Shown in pieces: positions 58,871-64,000 of a stretch of 64,000 bases of DNA (position 1 is the stretch's first letter; every line of letters starts with the position of its first letter). Below the pieces are notes generated by a model, which saw only the letters and a program-made list of their open reading frames with translations, had not been told where the DNA came from and ran no database searches. The translations under genes and the position numbers were made by a program. This DNA comes from Candidatus Poribacteria bacterium (GTDB lineage: Bacteria; Poribacteria; WGA-4E; WGA-3G). The DNA lies in NCBI GenBank assembly GCA_964291315.2, contig OZ219753.1:1792001-1856000 (forward strand), written 5' to 3'.

Positions 58871-59017
58871 ACGTATCTCAATCGAATATCAAAAACCAGA
58901 TAAATATCTCACAGTCAACGACATTTCTACACTTTCCGCCAAATTATTTTTTCATGCGGAAGAAACACATAACTCTCGTAATCTAAACGCGTTTTTATAC
59001 GCTACAGGAGGATTTTA

Positions 59018-59485
59018 ATGGCAAATGTAGGAAACACAGCACCAGTTTTCACACTCAAAGGCGCAGTCAATCAAGCGGATGTAGAAGTTTCATTGGGCGA
59101 CTATGCAGGTAAAAATTTAGTCGTCCTCTTCTACCCGCTCGCCTTTTCTCCAGTCTGTGCAGAGCAGGTCCCCGATTTTAACGGAAAACTGGAGGCTATT
59201 CAGGCAAAAGGCGCCGAAGTCATCGCTATTAATAGAGATTCAACCTTCGCACATAAGGCATGGAGCAAGGAACTCGGCGGTGTCGACTTTCCACTGCTTG
59301 CCGATATGAACCTTGAAGTCTCTAAGGAATTCGGCATGGCACTCGAAGAAGTCGGTATCACTACACGCGGCGTGTTTATCATTGATAAAACTGGAAAAGT
59401 CGCCTTCAAACACGTGGAAGCCGCACCACCAGACAATACCTTGACCGCCGAACAAATCTTGGACGAGCTAGACAAACTGCAATAG
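59018..59485 (+). CDS. Peroxiredoxin (AhpC/TSA, 1-Cys AhpE-like)
   Basis: VG..AP.FTL, FYPLAFSPVC, FPLLAD, RGVFIIDK; AGGAGG SD. Confidence 0.92.
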   Translation: MANVGNTAPVFTLKGAVNQADVEVSLGDYAGKNLVVLFYPLAFSPVCAEQVPDFNGKLEAIQAKGAEVIAINRDSTFAHKAWSKELGGVDFPLLADMNLEVSKEFGMALEEVGITTRGVFIIDKTGKVAFKHVEAAPPDNTLTAEQILDELDKLQ

Positions 59486-59527
59486 GCAAGCCAGGATGGC
59501 TGACGATGGTCCAGCTCCTATAAACCG

Positions 59528-59590
59528 AAAAGCGGGTATCTGACACAACTCGCAAGCAATTGTTCTGCATTATGCTAACACCCGCTTTTT
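59528..59590 (+). terminator. Long hairpin with T tail after the peroxiredoxin
   Basis: AAAAGCGGGT (59528-59537) / ACCCGCTTTT (59580-59589); the loop is unusually large. Confidence 0.4.
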
Positions 59591-59690
59591 GCTTTAATAT
59601 TTCACTGCTACACTTTTACCTTGAAAATCGCTTACAGACGTGTTATCCTAATTAGATTAAATAGGAAAAGTCTATAATTATCTAGCAAAC

Positions 59691-59762
59691 GCGGGTGTAG
59701 CTCAGCGGTAGAGCGTCAGCTTCCCAAGCTGAGGGTCGCGGGTTCAATTCCCGTCACCCGCT
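59691..59762 (+). tRNA. tRNA-Gly (anticodon CCC), CCA not encoded
   Basis: GCGGGTG/CACCCGC acceptor stem, D arm GCTC..GAGC, anticodon arm TCAGC-TTCCCAA-GCTGA, GGTTCAA T loop. Confidence 0.97.
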
Positions 59763-59807
59763 TGAATGCTTATTCATTCGATACATCGTGTAAAATTGAG
59801 GAAAACC

Positions 59808-60911
59808 ATGGCACGAGACAAACGACTAACGAAAGAAGACATCCGAGAAGATAAATTTATTGAAAGCCTGAGCGAGATCTACGCGTTCCTGCGTGAAAAC
59901 CTCCAAACCATTGGCATTATATTAGGAGTCATCCTCATCGCAGGCGCCGGTTACGCCGCATATTATCAACATCAGGAAAACCGACGCACTGAAGCAAGCA
60001 TCGCACTCCGTCAAGCTACCGAAACCTATAAGACTGCAGAAGAGAGCCGCTTTGACACGGAAAAATTAACCGAAAGCGAAGAATCGCTCAAAACCGCACA
60101 AGCACAACTTCAGGAAGTCTTTGAAAAATATCCAAATACAGTTTTTAGCGACAAGGCACGCTACCAATATGCCAAAACGCTCTATTACCAGCAAAACTAT
60201 CAGGAAGCACGCTCCCAATTCCAACACATCAGAGACCAACACCAAACCGAAAATCAGATCTATAGCTTGTATGCCCAAAAGGCAATAGGCAACACCTATG
60301 AGCAAGAAGGCAACTATGAAAAAGCCATCGAGGCCTATCAGGCGAAAGCATTTCCACCTACACCCCAACTCTCGCCCGAAATCCGGAAATTCGTGATCAC
60401 CAACGCTAAATTTAACCAAGCACTCGCTTATGAAAAATCCGGAGACCCAGATGCCGCCGCTGCCGCATACAAAGAAATTGTAGACGAATTCCGAAATACA
60501 CTTGAAGCAGGGCTTGCACAAAAAAGCCGCGAATTGATAGAATACGCAAAAACCGTCATCGCAGCGATTGGCGAAACGTTAGATATATCTAGGGCACAGA
60601 CCCTCGAAAACCAAAAACAATACTATGAAGCGTACGTCGCTTATACAGATGCGATCCGCACCTATAAAGTCAACAAAGATATCTCAGGCGGCCTCGCCTC
60701 AGAACTCCGAAAACAGATCGGCAGCTTCGAAAAAGAGGCAATAGAAATTACCAACAACGTTCGAGAAGCACGACTTAACGATGAGGAAGGACGAGAAAGC
60801 TTCGCACTCAACAGTTACGGGCTCGTTGTTGAATTTGAGAAACTCGGGCTAAGCCGTAGACTCTATGAAAATGCCCTTCTTCATCACAAGCGACTTGAAT
60901 CTGTCCAATAA
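59808..60911 (+). CDS. Membrane-anchored TPR protein (YfgM-like)
   Basis: LTKEDIREDKF, single TM, TPR motifs (KARYQYAKTLY, AIGNTYEQEGNYEKAIEAY); GAGG SD before 59808. Confidence 0.85.
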   Translation: MARDKRLTKEDIREDKFIESLSEIYAFLRENLQTIGIILGVILIAGAGYAAYYQHQENRRTEASIALRQATETYKTAEESRFDTEKLTESEESLKTAQAQLQEVFEKYPNTVFSDKARYQYAKTLYYQQNYQEARSQFQHIRDQHQTENQIYSLYAQKAIGNTYEQEGNYEKAIEAYQAKAFPPTPQLSPEIRKFVITNAKFNQALAYEKSGDPDAAAAAYKEIVDEFRNTLEAGLAQKSRELIEYAKTVIAAIGETLDISRAQTLENQKQYYEAYVAYTDAIRTYKVNKDISGGLASELRKQIGSFEKEAIEITNNVREARLNDEEGRESFALNSYGLVVEFEKLGLSRRLYENALLHHKRLESVQ

Positions 60912-60939
60912 TTTTATCTCTTATTTTATCTATTAAGGA

Positions 60940-61977
60940 GTGGCAATGATACATAGATATACCTCCTCACCCTTTTATAGCTCTAGAACCATTCAGTTCA
61001 CACTGTTGAGTCTGTTCTGTTTGAGTTTTTTCATCTCTCCCACCTTGCGAAGCGAAGCCCTCCCTTCCGGACAACTCGCTTATGCAGTCAACGGGTTTGA
61101 CGAGAGCTTAGGACGTTTTGACTGGAACCTCTACACAACCGCACTCAGAGGCACCAAAAATTTCACCGCAAGACCTTTGAACCACAAAGGCATGTACCCA
61201 TCTTGGGGCCCCAACGGGGATTCGCTCTATTTCATTCAGCGCGGTAAGGGGCACTCTGACATCTATTCCATTAATCCCGACAACCCCAAAAATAAAAAAC
61301 GCATCACCCCTATCTCCGGCACATACCGGTTCTTGGCTGTATCTCTGAACGGCAAAAAACTCGCTTTCAACGGGTATACCATGAACCAATTGCCACAAGA
61401 AAATCAGATCTGGATGCTAGATGTCGAAACCGGCGAAATGGAAGCCATGACCGCGGTGGCGCACGCAGGATGGCCCTATCGATTCTGGGGACTCTCCTGG
61501 TCCCCTAACGGCAAAAAACTCGCTTTCTCAATCTCCCGACCAGGGTGGTTGGAACATCTCTACCTCTTAGACGTCGAAACCAAAGAAATAGAAATCTTGA
61601 CTGAACTCAATAAGGATTTTTATCCCGCCTGGGCACCAGATGGAAACCGCATCCTCTTCCTCCGATATAACAGAGAATTCGATACATTTTGCACCATTGA
61701 CGTTGAAACCAAGGAGATTAAACCGCTGTTTGACGTCGATAAAGCCACAGGCTATTGGGGCGACTGGTCCCCCGATGGAGACTACATCGCCTATTCCCGC
61801 TGGGGATCAGTCTACCTCTATGACTTCGCTACCGATGAAACAGAAGAAATCGTTGAGGTGGATGGCAGTATCTTCGTCATTTCATGGTTGCGAGATATAA
61901 GGATATTACCCGTCGAACCGCAACAAAAACTGGTCACAACGTGGAGCGCCATTAAACAGAAGACAACTCAGCAATAG
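60940..61977 (+). CDS. TolB-like (PD40) beta-propeller protein with C-terminal motif
   Basis: PSWGPNG, SWSPNGKKLAF, PAWAPDG, WSPDG; ends LPVEPQQKLVTTWSAIKQ. Confidence 0.85.
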   Translation: MAMIHRYTSSPFYSSRTIQFTLLSLFCLSFFISPTLRSEALPSGQLAYAVNGFDESLGRFDWNLYTTALRGTKNFTARPLNHKGMYPSWGPNGDSLYFIQRGKGHSDIYSINPDNPKNKKRITPISGTYRFLAVSLNGKKLAFNGYTMNQLPQENQIWMLDVETGEMEAMTAVAHAGWPYRFWGLSWSPNGKKLAFSISRPGWLEHLYLLDVETKEIEILTELNKDFYPAWAPDGNRILFLRYNREFDTFCTIDVETKEIKPLFDVDKATGYWGDWSPDGDYIAYSRWGSVYLYDFATDETEEIVEVDGSIFVISWLRDIRILPVEPQQKLVTTWSAIKQKTTQQ

Positions 61978-62104
61978 CACTAGCGGAAGCAGGTGGCGTT
62001 TGTAACGCCATCCAGACTAAATATGTAGACGACAGACCCAACATCGCCCGGCTATCGCGCTACAGACAGTTCGAATATCTCAATTACCCAAAGAGGATAA
62101 ACCG

Positions 62105-64000
62105 GTGTTACCCAGTGTTGAAAAGGCTTTAGAATACGATAAAATCCGTGATATTTTAAAGAAATACACCGCTTCTCAACTCGGGACCGCGCGCGTTGAA
62201 ACACTCTCGCCGTCCTCTGACATTCACAAGGTCCGCTATCTACAGACACTGTGCAGTGAGGCAACATTTTTTTATCAGCTCCACGGGGGGATCCCTTTGG
62301 GCGGACTAGCCGATATCACGAAATCACTAACACATGCCGCTAAAACAGGAGCGATCTTAGACCCAGAAGAACTCCTAAAGATCCAGAAAGTTGCACAGAT
62401 TCCAACGGAGATCCACAAGACATTTGAAAAGCGCGACAGAGAAGAATTTCCCAACCTTTTTTCTATCACGGATATTTTGCCTGTCTTCCCAGAATTAGTT
62501 GAGACTGTAAGATACTGCATTAACCCTGACGGTATCATCCTAGATCGCGCAAGCCCCGAACTGCGTGCCATCCGCCGCAAATTATGGCGACTCCGTGAAA
62601 ATGTACATCAAAAACTTGAAGGCACGCTCCGTTCACCTGAATACCAAAAATCAATTCAAGAATCTGTCATTACTTCCCGAAATAACCGATACGTTATTCC
62701 CATAAAACAGGAAGCACTCTCGTCTTTCAAGGGAGTCGTGCAAGCACAATCCACAAGCGGCGCAACCTTTTTTGTTGAACCGCTAGAAATTGTTCAAATG
62801 AACAATGAACTGCACGAACTCGCTGAAGCGGAACACCGAGAAATTCAACGGATCCTCCTTCAACTCACCAATCGCGTGCGCGACAACCTACACGAATTAG
62901 AACTGTCTGTCAACATTTTAGGAGAACTAGATTTTATAAACGCAAAGGCACGCTTCAGTCTCGCGCTGAACGCTGTTGAACCGAAAATCAATACCCGCGG
63001 TGCAATCAAATTAATCGAAGCACGCCACCCGCTACTTGAATTTCATCTCCAGAATGCAAACGCAGCTGATGCTCATACCAGCAAGGAACTCCCAACACGC
63101 GTCGTACCTACAAACGTTCATATTGGCAAGACGTTTAACACACTGATTATCACCGGACCAAATACCGGCGGTAAAACAGTTGTGCTCAAAACTGTCGGCC
63201 TGTTGACTCTCATGGCACAATCGGGCCTACATATCCCCGCCGACCACGGAAGTGAAGTCGCTATCTTTGACACAATTTTCGCTGACATCGGCGACGACCA
63301 AGGAATAGAGCAGAATCTCAGCACCTTCTCCTCACACATTACAAAGATAACGCAGATGTTGAAAAAGCTCAATCCCACCGAATATTCCCTCGTCTTGTTA
63401 GATGAGATCGGCGCCGGCACAGACCCCAGCGAAGGCACTGCCCTCGGGATGGCACTCCTCGATTGGCTCACAAAAAGAAAAGTTAATACTATCGTCACAA
63501 CACACTACGGCGCGCTTAAAGCCTACGCACATACACAAGAAAACATGGAAAACGCCTCGATGGAATTTGATTGGACAACCCTGCACCCAACATATCGGTT
63601 ACAGGTCGGTATCCCAGGAAGCAGCAACGCAATAAAAATTGCCGAACGACTCGGAATGCCAACCGAAATTCTCTATCAAGCAGAAACGCACCTGGGCAAT
63701 AACACTGTTGACGTTGAAAATCTACTTGTATCTTTGCAGGAACGAGAAACCGAGTTGGAGACAGAACATCAGCTCCTACAAAGCCAACTTCGAGACACCG
63801 AAGTCGCACACCAAAAACATACACAGCTCCTCGAAACATTTAAAGCCAATCAGCATAAGTTGAAGCAAGCGGCGGAAAACGAAGCCCAAACTATCGTCGC
63901 TGACGCACGCCGAACAATTGAACAGCTCGTCGCCAATATCCGCAAAGAACAAGCCTCAAAAGCCAGTATTCAAGACGCTTTCTCAAAAATAGAAAAGACT
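62105..64000 (+). CDS. mutS2: Endonuclease MutS2 (3'-partial; missing from the ORF track because it runs off the window)
   Basis: GTG start after AAGAGGA; LEYDKI, SGATFFVEP, ARHPLL, ITGPNTGGKT (checked in frame with the start), DIGDDQ...NLSTFSSH, LDEIGAGTDP, TTHY. Confidence 0.95.
   Translation, partial: MLPSVEKALEYDKIRDILKKYTASQLGTARVETLSPSSDIHKVRYLQTLCSEATFFYQLHGGIPLGGLADITKSLTHAAKTGAILDPEELLKIQKVAQIPTEIHKTFEKRDREEFPNLFSITDILPVFPELVETVRYCINPDGIILDRASPELRAIRRKLWRLRENVHQKLEGTLRSPEYQKSIQESVITSRNNRYVIPIKQEALSSFKGVVQAQSTSGATFFVEPLEIVQMNNELHELAEAEHREIQRILLQLTNRVRDNLHELELSVNILGELDFINAKARFSLALNAVEPKINTRGAIKLIEARHPLLEFHLQNANAADAHTSKELPTRVVPTNVHIGKTFNTLIITGPNTGGKTVVLKTVGLLTLMAQSGLHIPADHGSEVAIFDTIFADIGDDQGIEQNLSTFSSHITKITQMLKKLNPTEYSLVLLDEIGAGTDPSEGTALGMALLDWLTKRKVNTIVTTHYGALKAYAHTQENMENASMEFDWTTLHPTYRLQVGIPGSSNAIKIAERLGMPTEILYQAETHLGNNTVDVENLLVSLQERETELETEHQLLQSQLRDTEVAHQKHTQLLETFKANQHKLKQAAENEAQTIVADARRTIEQLVANIRKEQASKASIQDAFSKIEKT

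Noticed and set aside
59691-59762. tRNA-Gly as an integration site for the island
   Set aside because: No integrase in the window and I saw no duplicate of the tRNA 3' end; the island is over 22 kb away.
363-63863. Numerous 60-210 aa ORFs antisense to or nested in the called genes
   Set aside because: Shadow ORFs with no motifs or RBS, overlapping well-supported CDSs.

Overview
Bacterial chromosomal window. It looks like Candidatus Poribacteria or a similar sponge symbiont; this is inferred from the dockerin/LamG/WD40/TolB proteins and a shared C-terminal V.P..KL...W..LK motif. Housekeeping genes: uppP, ispG, hisC, mutY, miaB, map, ccmC, nadE, a peroxiredoxin, tRNA-Gly(CCC) and a partial mutS2. 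They surround an ~18 kb co-oriented defence island (19656-37214). The island encodes, in order: a phosphorothioate-sensing-type SBD-HNH nuclease; an SspBCD-like trio (DUF4007, large P-loop ATPase, PAPS reductase); a PbeABCD-like quartet (PLD-SF2 helicase, small protein, DndD/SbcC-like CxC ATPase, small protein); a GHKL/MORC-like ATPase; and a type IIG/ISP-like R-M enzyme. An orphan DUF1156 methylase lies ~4 kb upstream. Other notable items: a probable selenoprotein (dockerin-Ig-thioredoxin with an in-frame UGA at the W-U-P-A-C active site), a eukaryote-type glutamine-dependent NAD synthetase, a WD40 gene split by one amber codon, a GTAG-type REP family, a MITE-like insert with a target duplication, and a 43-bp gene fragment copied in antisense behind an orphan promoter. 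All family assignments come from motif recognition by eye; no database searches were run.
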